DNA from: a virus
Strand: one strand, 5' to 3'
IMG/VR virus record: IMGVR_UViG_3300017605_000342
Location: 32,001 to 96,000 of that record
Length of the DNA stretch: 64,000 nucleotides
In this document: positions 45,587-53,311 of the stretch, piece after piece
Layout of the letters: every line of letters begins with the position of its first letter
Position numbering within the stretch: the first letter of the stretch is position 1
Notes under the pieces: generated by a model
The model's database searches: none
The model's input: only the letters and a program-made list of their open reading frames with translations
Told to the model about the DNA's origin: nothing
Translations under genes and position numbers: made by a program

Positions 45587-46248
45587 TAGTTAATTTCTTT
45601 TTGTTTGTAATACTCTATAGCGCTCTTGATTTCAATAGCGACCTCGCGCCCAGACAGTTCATTGCGCATCCCCATAGATTCAATGTGCGGGGCGTTATTG
45701 AAGTCAATAGCATACACCGTACCCTTAAACACAACGTAGTCTATTGAATACAGTGCATACGGAATTTTGTCGTTGTAAGAATCATACGCTGAAATACATC
45801 GCAGAGATATCTCTCGATCTCTCGAATAGTCCGCCTTCCAAGAACTTCCCGTCACTATAAAGCCAAACGCCTTAGATCCCACCTTAACAAACTTGTACAC
45901 CGAATACTTCCTAGCATTAACATTCCCCAGAAAGTGGGTAACAAACACACTAGGAAACTTCTCTAAGCAAGACTTGGCATCCAACAGGACCTTACCCTCC
46001 CCTCCATTGGCGCGAGTGTCCATGTGTGCTATGAAGTGCAGGTTGTCGGTTTGGTAAGCGTCCACAGCCTTCGGTATAACGGTCGCAGCCATACCATGAG
46101 TAGGTACCTTAAAGCCCCACTCAAGCAGACGTGACATCATGACGGGCCTGTCCATGTTAGGCTCTGCGTGCCTCTCCCAGACATACCCGTCCTTATCAAA
46201 CCACGTATCGTAGTAGTCAGACCAAAAACAAGAAAGTTTTACTTTCAC
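45583..46248 (-). CDS. hypothetical protein, possible ATP-grasp fold
   Basis: GGEGKVL loop; C-terminal SIDYV...YAIDFNNAP. Confidence 0.45.
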   Translation of the reverse strand: MKVKLSCFWSDYYDTWFDKDGYVWERHAEPNMDRPVMMSRLLEWGFKVPTHGMAATVIPKAVDAYQTDNLHFIAHMDTRANGGEGKVLLDAKSCLEKFPSVFVTHFLGNVNARKYSVYKFVKVGSKAFGFIVTGSSWKADYSRDREISLRCISAYDSYNDKIPYALYSIDYVVFKGTVYAIDFNNAPHIESMGMRNELSGREVAIEIKSAIEYYKQKEINY

Positions 46249-46608
46249 TTATTTAATTAGGTTGATGATTGCATCTGCCTTAGTGATAATCCACTTGGTA
46301 ACAAATGGTGCAACCAACTCCGTAGTAACACCCAAGAACAACGCAATGGATGCGTGATGGTGTAACGGCCCCAGCAGTTCGAACAGTAGCGGAAAAGGAA
46401 CTTTGTCTATGTACACAGCACTACCCAGCCAACTCGCACTTAAAGTAGCTAGCCAGCTAGCAGCATTTAACAAACTCGGTTCAAAAAACCAATCGAATGT
46501 AGCACGTTTAATTTTAGTTCTAGGCTTCTTTCCGTACGTAATGTACGAGATATACTTGTACAGCAGTACACTAAGTGTACCCGTAAACCACAATATGTAT
46601 AGATACAT
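46249..46608 (-). CDS. three-TM membrane protein (holin candidate)
   Basis: Three hydrophobic segments in 119 aa. Confidence 0.45.
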   Translation of the reverse strand: MYLYILWFTGTLSVLLYKYISYITYGKKPRTKIKRATFDWFFEPSLLNAASWLATLSASWLGSAVYIDKVPFPLLFELLGPLHHHASIALFLGVTTELVAPFVTKWIITKADAIINLIK

Positions 46609-46618
46609 TTACCTTACC

Positions 46619-46948
46619 TTAAGGTCTATTTGTATAGAACCTTGATGTAGCAGATTCTGGTCCTTCCTTCCCGTCCACGATGTACACACGCACAAAGTAC
46701 CAGTAGTTAGTTTTGCGTGCCGCAGACGTGTCGTAGAATATCAACTTATCAGTCCAACCGATCTTAACGGCGTCAGACATGTCACTACGCTGCGCACGGT
46801 AAATCGAGTACTTCAGCGCCACACCAGGTTCAATCTGCGAGCCGTCAACGTATTTAGTGGGCGCAAACCAACTACACGAGACAGTGGCTGCACTCAGGCA
46901 ACCACCGCTCAGTACCAGTAACAATAAAGCACAAATTATACTCTTCAT
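46619..46948 (-). CDS. exported FN3-like protein
   Basis: Signal-like N-terminus; SW.AP...DG...YSIYR...FYD...YWYFV...EGPES. Confidence 0.65.
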   Translation of the reverse strand: MKSIICALLLLVLSGGCLSAATVSCSWFAPTKYVDGSQIEPGVALKYSIYRAQRSDMSDAVKIGWTDKLIFYDTSAARKTNYWYFVRVYIVDGKEGPESATSRFYTNRP

Positions 46949-46949
46949 G

Positions 46950-47321
46950 TTATTTTACAGTGAAACCTGTTGCTGCTCCGGGGATCTTGTCAGAGAAATT
47001 GAAACGAACGATGACAGACTTTGCCCCTTCGACGCCATCAGTACTCACTCCCGAAACCTGATAATAATAAGTAGTCGTACCCGCCAGAGTCGTGTCCACA
47101 TAAGTCAATGCCGTAATAGCGGAGGCATTTAATTTAGTAGCGGCGGACCCGTCAGCGTTAACACTACGATAAACGTTGTATGTCACTCCGGTAACTGGGG
47201 TGCCATTAGTGCTTGTAGTGATTGCATTCCACGATGCTGTTGCCTTAGGTGTAGTCTGCGCAAACGCCGACCCTATTAACAACATTACCACAAACAGTAC
47301 TACAGTTAGCTTTTTATACAT
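46950..47321 (-). CDS. exported FN3-like protein
   Basis: Signal peptide ending AFA; SWNA...YNVYRS...YVD...YYYQVSGV..DG.EG.KS. Confidence 0.72.
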   Translation of the reverse strand: MYKKLTVVLFVVMLLIGSAFAQTTPKATASWNAITTSTNGTPVTGVTYNVYRSVNADGSAATKLNASAITALTYVDTTLAGTTTYYYQVSGVSTDGVEGAKSVIVRFNFSDKIPGAATGFTVK

Positions 47322-47334
47322 TGTTTAAACCCTT

Positions 47335-48114
47335 TCACTTCACAGCCGCACTAACTACGACAGCGGTTACGGCTATCTCCACTGCCTTCCATCCAAAGTC
47401 CTTCACCTTCTGCCACTTCGACTTTTTGGCTGCGGTCTTGTATTTTTCCAAAGCAGCTTTATAGTCTTCCATGACTAGCTTGTAATCCTCTAACAACTTC
47501 TTGCTTTCGGCCAACACCGTTTGTGTTTGCCCCAGTAATTCAGTAAGCTGTTGAGTCTTACCCTGCTCCAGCTCTAGTTCTTGCTGTAGCGCTTTAAGAT
47601 CAGCCTCTAGCCTAGTTAGCTGAATGCTTTGGGCTACTACCTTCTGTGTATCTTCTTTAGTAAATTCGATGCCAGTTGCGGTCGGGGTAACCACCATGTT
47701 CGTGTACTTCGCCACGTCCTTGACAACTTCGGGGACTTGGCGAGTCGGGGCAGTGACTTCTTCGACCTTCTTCGTGGTTTCAACGGCTCGTGCCGATCTG
47801 AGTTTACGCAACTCACTCTGCTGAACCGATAACTGTTTGATTAATTCTTCGCGCTTTGCTGTTTCTTCGTTAAGTGCTGCTATTAGCTTTTGATTAACTG
47901 CACTATGTTCTAATACCAGTTTTTCTTTTTCTTTGGCTTCCGCTTCTTTAATCTCTGCAACTGCAATTGCTGCTTTGTAGTCTGCATACCCTGTAACAAA
48001 CTTATACCCTCCGTAAAGCAACACCAGTCCAACAATTCCAACCACCAAGAAGTTTGTAGTGAAAGAACGATTCTTCAATCCAACAACTACTTCATTGATC
48101 TTTTGGGTATCCAT
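47335..48114 (-). CDS. membrane-anchored long coiled-coil protein (spanin-like candidate)
   Basis: N-terminal TM, about 200 aa of heptad-rich helix, hydrophobic C-terminal helix. Confidence 0.5.
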   Translation of the reverse strand: MDTQKINEVVVGLKNRSFTTNFLVVGIVGLVLLYGGYKFVTGYADYKAAIAVAEIKEAEAKEKEKLVLEHSAVNQKLIAALNEETAKREELIKQLSVQQSELRKLRSARAVETTKKVEEVTAPTRQVPEVVKDVAKYTNMVVTPTATGIEFTKEDTQKVVAQSIQLTRLEADLKALQQELELEQGKTQQLTELLGQTQTVLAESKKLLEDYKLVMEDYKAALEKYKTAAKKSKWQKVKDFGWKAVEIAVTAVVVSAAVK

Positions 48115-48373
48115 TGTTTATCTTCTTCCAGACGATCCTAGAGTTATTCTTAGGATGACTCAGCACGTGCACACGAAAGAACGCGTCAAACGACATATAT
48201 ACACCGATTGACGAATCCCCATGAGCGGCGGCATCAACATCAGTCCGCCAGCACACGGCAACAAGGCCATTATGAAACACAATACCATCTAGTACACGGC
48301 CTGTAGAACTAACTCCAGAAGAATCAAATTCGCGGTACAAGGTAAACATTCTTGGTTCTGGAATTTTAGACAC
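48092..48373 (-). CDS. conserved phage hypothetical protein
   Basis: F.L.R..D.SGVS.TG.V.DG..F..G.V...W pattern. Confidence 0.6.
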   Translation of the reverse strand: MSKIPEPRMFTLYREFDSSGVSSTGRVLDGIVFHNGLVAVCWRTDVDAAAHGDSSIGVYMSFDAFFRVHVLSHPKNNSRIVWKKINNGYPKDQ

Positions 48374-48385
48374 ATTTAACCTTTC

Positions 48386-49018
48386 TTACTGTAAAGTCTC
48401 TGGTTGGTTCTGCTGTCTTAACTGGTCTATGAACTGCCCCACTACGTCTAAGTCCCGAACTATCAAACTAAAACACTCTTCCGCACTTCTACGTAAATCT
48501 TCAAGCTCACCGTCATTGCAACGTATCTCAGCGAAATGCCCTGCGTAATGCTCTAGTTCCGTTTCAGACGGATGGCTGTGGTCTATCCCAGAAGCCATGT
48601 AGCGTTCCTGGTTCTTGTATCGCTCTACTTTTACGTAGTATCCTTCTCGATCTTTAATCCATTCTGCTTCATTCCTAAAACGAACATCTGAAACCAATGC
48701 TATCTGTGGTAGTTCAATATCTAACCTGCCTGATAATTTCTTAACCCAGTACTCTGAGTCTTGCACTCTACGAAACTCAGTGCCCCACCATTGTAACAAT
48801 TCCCTACATTTTCCCTCTTTGTCCGGCCTGTAAGGGATTCCGTATTCCTCACACAACTGGCGTTCTCGCCCACGGACTTCAGCTTTAAGTTCATCTGCAA
48901 ACGCATACCGTTTAATCTCGTATGGCCCGCCGTTTTCTTTGTGGAATTTGTCAATAATAAACTGACATACGGTGTCTTTACCGCAGCGAGCGCGGTGACC
49001 GAACCCGATGATAATCAT
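48386..49018 (-). CDS. deoxynucleoside monophosphate kinase
   Basis: IIGFG.RARCGKDT, AFADELK, RELLQWWGTE, SDVRF.NE and HPSE. Confidence 0.88.
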   Translation of the reverse strand: MIIIGFGHRARCGKDTVCQFIIDKFHKENGGPYEIKRYAFADELKAEVRGRERQLCEEYGIPYRPDKEGKCRELLQWWGTEFRRVQDSEYWVKKLSGRLDIELPQIALVSDVRFRNEAEWIKDREGYYVKVERYKNQERYMASGIDHSHPSETELEHYAGHFAEIRCNDGELEDLRRSAEECFSLIVRDLDVVGQFIDQLRQQNQPETLQ

Positions 49019-49019
49019 G

Positions 49020-49226
49020 TTAAACCTTTCTTATCCAGTGGATTAGTACCGATGCACCGCAAACGATGGCCGATACTTTCAACGCAGTGCTTAATGCCAG
49101 TACGTCTGTAGCTATCACAGGCGACAACAACAACGCAACCCAGCCTGCCGCTAGGTAGACTAAACTACCTAGCAAGCAAGCCGCAACTGCCCAAGCTGCA
49201 AATTCTGTAGCGATCTTAATAATCAT
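49020..49226 (-). CDS. two-TM membrane protein
   Basis: Hydrophobic 68-aa ORF. Confidence 0.55.
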   Translation of the reverse strand: MIIKIATEFAAWAVAACLLGSLVYLAAGWVALLLSPVIATDVLALSTALKVSAIVCGASVLIHWIRKV

Positions 49227-50347
49227 CTTCCGTGCTTTTTTAAGAACTCCTTGGTGTACCTAGAATATTGATTTTCTGGTTTCTCTGATCTTATAGAACC
49301 AACATCTAAATTATACAGCCAAGTTTTCGGATGCCGCGCCGAAATGCCAAACATAGTCTGGGAAGCTTCGACCAGCGGATGTAGCTTCCACGCTAATCCC
49401 AACTCAGACTGTCCGCCCAAGCAGGAATTTACAATTAGCTTTTCTCTAATAATTGAATGGTGGAAGTGGCCGCACAAAATGATATCGAATGAATTACCCG
49501 TATCTTTAGAAAACTCTCGATAAATCTTTGAATCGAACATCGCCATAACAGCGTCTTCTAAAGATTCTAGGCGGTTCATCTTTGCATCGGTTCCATGCAT
49601 CAAGATGTACTTGTGCCCAAACTGCTTTACGGGAACAACGTACCCCGGATGTATTCTAATTGTAACACTTGGGTCATCTTCAAAATAATATGCCAACATC
49701 TCGAAGATCACATAATCCCACGTGTCGTATGCCATTCTCTTGGAAAATAGCTTTGCTGAAAATCTGCCGTGATTTCCAGCCAGACAATCTATCTCGATAG
49801 GGATACCCAGTTCCTTCAGGTCTAATATTGCCATGTGTAACAGTCGCGCCGTGAGGATGGCTGCCGAACTGTCATTCATGTCATTAGTAAGTTCAAGGTC
49901 TGAAACATGTGACCCTGAAATCATATCTCCCAAAATAGAAATCCAAATCTTGTCAAAGTTATACGCTGTACGGTGAAACCCAACAATCTGTTTAGTAGAC
50001 TTGACTATTTCCGCTATTCTATTTGCGGCAATCACACTATTAAACTTGTTAGCATTATTAGTTTCTTTATCTGATATAACTTCTGTTACGTGCCAGTCAC
50101 TCCATACTAGTGCTGCAACTTCAGAGTGTCCGAAAGCAAGGTCCTTCTCAACCTTGGTGGGGCTAACCACAAAAGGCTGCGACTTCTCCCGCTTAAGAAC
50201 ACCCGTAAGTTCGTCGATAACTTGCTCGAAGTCGAAACCGCCTCGCCTTAACAATTTCTTATTCAAGCTACGCAAATCGGCGTTTTCCGAAGTCAGGCGC
50301 TCCAACACTCGGAGGCGTTTTTCTTCGGCTGATAAAGGTTTGGTCAT
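49223..50347 (-). CDS. calcineurin-like metallophosphoesterase/nuclease with N-terminal coiled coil
   Basis: SDWH, LGDMISG, AGNHGR, MHG and CGHFH. Confidence 0.85.
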   Translation of the reverse strand: MTKPLSAEEKRLRVLERLTSENADLRSLNKKLLRRGGFDFEQVIDELTGVLKREKSQPFVVSPTKVEKDLAFGHSEVAALVWSDWHVTEVISDKETNNANKFNSVIAANRIAEIVKSTKQIVGFHRTAYNFDKIWISILGDMISGSHVSDLELTNDMNDSSAAILTARLLHMAILDLKELGIPIEIDCLAGNHGRFSAKLFSKRMAYDTWDYVIFEMLAYYFEDDPSVTIRIHPGYVVPVKQFGHKYILMHGTDAKMNRLESLEDAVMAMFDSKIYREFSKDTGNSFDIILCGHFHHSIIREKLIVNSCLGGQSELGLAWKLHPLVEASQTMFGISARHPKTWLYNLDVGSIRSEKPENQYSRYTKEFLKKHGR

Positions 50348-50380
50348 TGACCCTCTCTTTCGTCCTTCTATTGGTGAGAG

Positions 50381-50409
50381 ATGGTAGCACTTGAACCGTC
50401 AAAAGTCAA
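50381..50409 (-). promoter_or_regulatory. sigma70-type promoter
   Basis: Minus strand TTGACT-17 nt-TACCAT with TG extended -10, followed by an SD-containing leader for 49223..50347. Confidence 0.7.
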
Positions 50410-50410
50410 G

Positions 50411-50713
50411 CTAAATCTTGAATAGAAATCTCAAGACTAGTTCGCCTGCAATGACTAAGCCCATACCGATTGCCCCCAATCGTTCACAACGGGACAGCCG
50501 CCTGTCTTGCGCCATAACTTCTTCTTGGCTCGCCTTATCCTGCTCTAATCTCAGTAGGCGTACTTCGTGTTTCACAAACTCTTCTTTTTCCACCTTGTCT
50601 CTCTCCAGTGTTGTCAGACGATAATTGGTACCATCCTTCAACTCCTTGAGATCTTTATACATCTCTGTCTGAATTGTGCGTACTTCAATTAAAATATCGT
50701 GATCTTCAGTCAT
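50411..50713 (-). CDS. coiled-coil protein with C-terminal TM (holin/XhlA-like candidate)
   Basis: RL..LE repeats, then a hydrophobic C-terminus; follows the tail genes. Confidence 0.5.
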   Translation of the reverse strand: MTEDHDILIEVRTIQTEMYKDLKELKDGTNYRLTTLERDKVEKEEFVKHEVRLLRLEQDKASQEEVMAQDRRLSRCERLGAIGMGLVIAGELVLRFLFKI

Positions 50714-50724
50714 CCAAATCTCCG

Positions 50725-51624
50725 CTATGAAGTTCGTGTAATTCCAGTTGGATCTGTCGGCGTACCACTCAATGTAAATGTGGCTGCCGTCGTGGTACCG
50801 TCTAACTTCTTCATTGTAATAGTCAGAGACGACTTGTCAAACTCGTTCTGACGCTGCATAATCATCAACAAAAACTGCCCCAAGTTGGGTATTACGCCGT
50901 CTGCGGCATATGTCTCAGAGGCGGGAGACGACAGCCAAAACGCTGATGTGATAGCACTTAGCGCTGACGCTGCTAATGTGCCAGACGTGATTGAATTACT
51001 ACCCAAAGTTCCGACTGACACAAGCCCACTGGACAAACTAATTTCGTTAGAACCCGTGCCTGATCTTAGCTTTACGGAGTTATTTGCATCGACTGTAGGC
51101 AACCCCCCGTTAGCTGCCGCTGCTACGTTTGGAATTGCTCCTGCCGCAACAGCAGACCCACCACACTGAGTCACGTTAACAGCAGCAATACCAGAGGTTA
51201 AAGACACCTGTCCTGCACTCGTACCTGACTGTATCTGTATGCGTCCAGATGAGTCTACTACAAAAACGTCTAACGGGTAAGTGATGTTTACTTCGTCACA
51301 ACCGGATGAACGCATGTTCAAATGTACCCAATCAGAGCCAGTAGCCCAAAACGCGTCCGTCACATCAAAGCGATATACTCCGGGCATGTTGGTAGAATCA
51401 ACCTCTCGCCACCCTCCATCAGCGTGAGCAGTGTTGTTCGCAGCAAGTGTTGAACTAGGCGAGAAATTAACCGCTGTGGAAGCTCCCTGCCGATAGTAAT
51501 ACGCAGTGACACTACCAAAAGCAACACCCGTTTTACCGACCCCTGTGGAACTGTCATATAGGGTAACTTCCAAGGAAAGATCTACTCCACCTGGAGGAAT
51601 GCCACCCCTCATTTTATTAGACAT
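50725..51624 (-). CDS. putative virion structural/tail-associated protein
   Basis: G/S/T/A-rich; WREVDSTNMPGVYRFD; internal repeats; tail-gene context. Confidence 0.6.
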   Translation of the reverse strand: MSNKMRGGIPPGGVDLSLEVTLYDSSTGVGKTGVAFGSVTAYYYRQGASTAVNFSPSSTLAANNTAHADGGWREVDSTNMPGVYRFDVTDAFWATGSDWVHLNMRSSGCDEVNITYPLDVFVVDSSGRIQIQSGTSAGQVSLTSGIAAVNVTQCGGSAVAAGAIPNVAAAANGGLPTVDANNSVKLRSGTGSNEISLSSGLVSVGTLGSNSITSGTLAASALSAITSAFWLSSPASETYAADGVIPNLGQFLLMIMQRQNEFDKSSLTITMKKLDGTTTAATFTLSGTPTDPTGITRTS

Positions 51625-51636
51625 CTATATACCTCA

Positions 51637-52116
51637 CTATGAAGTTGGTGGAGTAAACTGCAAGTAAAAAGCAGTCAATCTCACCACACCGGCTGACGGT
51701 GTACCACCATTCGCCGTAATTCTAATCTTTGCTGTTGAGCTTTGAGTTGGTCCGGCAGCATCCGTAGTTACAGCCCCTTTCATGTGATTCAACCCCACAC
51801 CAGTTGTTCCAGATGAAAGTGCCATGCCGGTAATAAACCTAGCCGCAGTAGTTGGGTCACCTATATCGATTGAAGTTACACCACCACCACTGATGGTGGT
51901 TGTTACTCTAGCCACCACTGCTTCTAATAAAGCATTTGCAGGTAAGTCAATGGTAGTATCAGAAGTCGTTCCAATAGTACTTAGGGTTTTTAATTCGGTA
52001 ACATAACCCTGAGTGACCTTGGCACCATTAGCCGTAGTTTCCTGAGCTTGAGTACCAAACCATGTGTTGTTCGCAGTGAAGAAATTCAGCGAACGTCTAA
52101 TCCAATTAACTGTCAT
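51637..52116 (-). CDS. putative virion structural protein
   Basis: T/G/A-rich beta protein in the tail operon. Confidence 0.55.
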   Translation of the reverse strand: MTVNWIRRSLNFFTANNTWFGTQAQETTANGAKVTQGYVTELKTLSTIGTTSDTTIDLPANALLEAVVARVTTTISGGGVTSIDIGDPTTAARFITGMALSSGTTGVGLNHMKGAVTTDAAGPTQSSTAKIRITANGGTPSAGVVRLTAFYLQFTPPTS

Positions 52117-52124
52117 TTCTTCTC

Positions 52125-53306
52125 CTAGTTGTCATAAATCGTTACGCCTCTGCGTATATAGATGTTCTCCGTTCCAGGATTGTCAATCGTTATATAAGGG
52201 ATTAAATAAATGTCGGCGCTCATACTAGCTTTACCACTATTACCGATTTGATTATCCCTGATTACGCCACCTTGTGACGGGTTTAAACCACCAGTAGCAA
52301 TACCATAACCAGCGGCGGTTGCTTCTGGATTGTCCTCTCCAACACCAACAGTTCTTGTAGAGCTATATGGAGAATACTGTGTATCAGAACTTCTGTACGC
52401 TCTAATTCTATACGAGTAAATACCGCCGGTCACCACGTTAGTATCTGTAAAGGTTTGAACATCAGCCGCAGTAACAAATAAAGTTTCGAAAGTTCCACTG
52501 GACCCTATTTTACGTTCAATAATATAAGCGGTTTCTGTAGTTGCATTATCAACCCAAATCAATTTTACTTGCGGGTTACCCGACACAAACTCAGCCACGG
52601 CTGATGAGAAAGTCGGAGAAGTGAGATTTGACACCACCAAACTATCGGTGGTTATAGCACCGGAAGCTGCATAAGTAGACTCTCCGTATTGATTGACTGC
52701 TTTAACTCGGTACAAGTAAGAAACATCGTATGACAGCCCAGTATCAGAATATGAAACAGAATCTGCTGGCAGACTAGTTACTGTTCTCCACGTAGCATCA
52801 ACGTTGCTAGATCTCTGTAAAATGAAGTTACTCTCATTGTTAGAATTATCATTCCACAAAAGATCAATAGTGTTTGCAGTCGAGGCCCCAGTCAGGTTAG
52901 ACGGTGGCAACGGTGGTGCCGTATCAGTACCTGGATCTGGCACAGGATCGGGCGTAAAAGCTGGCAATGTAATTTCCGCAATATTAGAATAAGTACTATA
53001 TCCGCCAGCATGTTGATTTCTGACTCGGTATCTATAGACAGTGGAAGGGGTAAGCGTACGGTCATACCCATCCAAAAAATAAGCAAGTCCAGTGCTTGTC
53101 AAAACATACGGGTCCACAAGGTCCGTGGCAAACTCCGTAAAGCCACTACACGCAGCACCTGTACAGAACTCCAAACTGAAGAACACGCTGTTAGCCGTAG
53201 CTCCAGGTTCCCAGACTAAATAAACCACAAGTCTCTGACCAATAGTAAACTGTTTAACAGTGTAGCTTGCTTCTAAATTATTAGGTGGAAAATCTAATAT
53301 ACCCAT
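52125..53306 (-). CDS. tail-associated protein with three FN3-like repeats and a C-terminal beta-helix-like segment
   Basis: PSNL..W.DNS.NE..F...R...Y.D..L....Y.YRVKA.N..G.S repeats; ends GYGIATGG...GGVIRDNQIGNSG. Confidence 0.75.
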   Translation of the reverse strand: MGILDFPPNNLEASYTVKQFTIGQRLVVYLVWEPGATANSVFFSLEFCTGAACSGFTEFATDLVDPYVLTSTGLAYFLDGYDRTLTPSTVYRYRVRNQHAGGYSTYSNIAEITLPAFTPDPVPDPGTDTAPPLPPSNLTGASTANTIDLLWNDNSNNESNFILQRSSNVDATWRTVTSLPADSVSYSDTGLSYDVSYLYRVKAVNQYGESTYAASGAITTDSLVVSNLTSPTFSSAVAEFVSGNPQVKLIWVDNATTETAYIIERKIGSSGTFETLFVTAADVQTFTDTNVVTGGIYSYRIRAYRSSDTQYSPYSSTRTVGVGEDNPEATAAGYGIATGGLNPSQGGVIRDNQIGNSGKASMSADIYLIPYITIDNPGTENIYIRRGVTIYDN

Positions 53307-53311
53307 ATCAC

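Noticed and set aside
45560-45620. Intrinsic terminator at the convergence of the two blocks
   Set aside because: No convincing GC-rich hairpin with a U tract; the two genes overlap.
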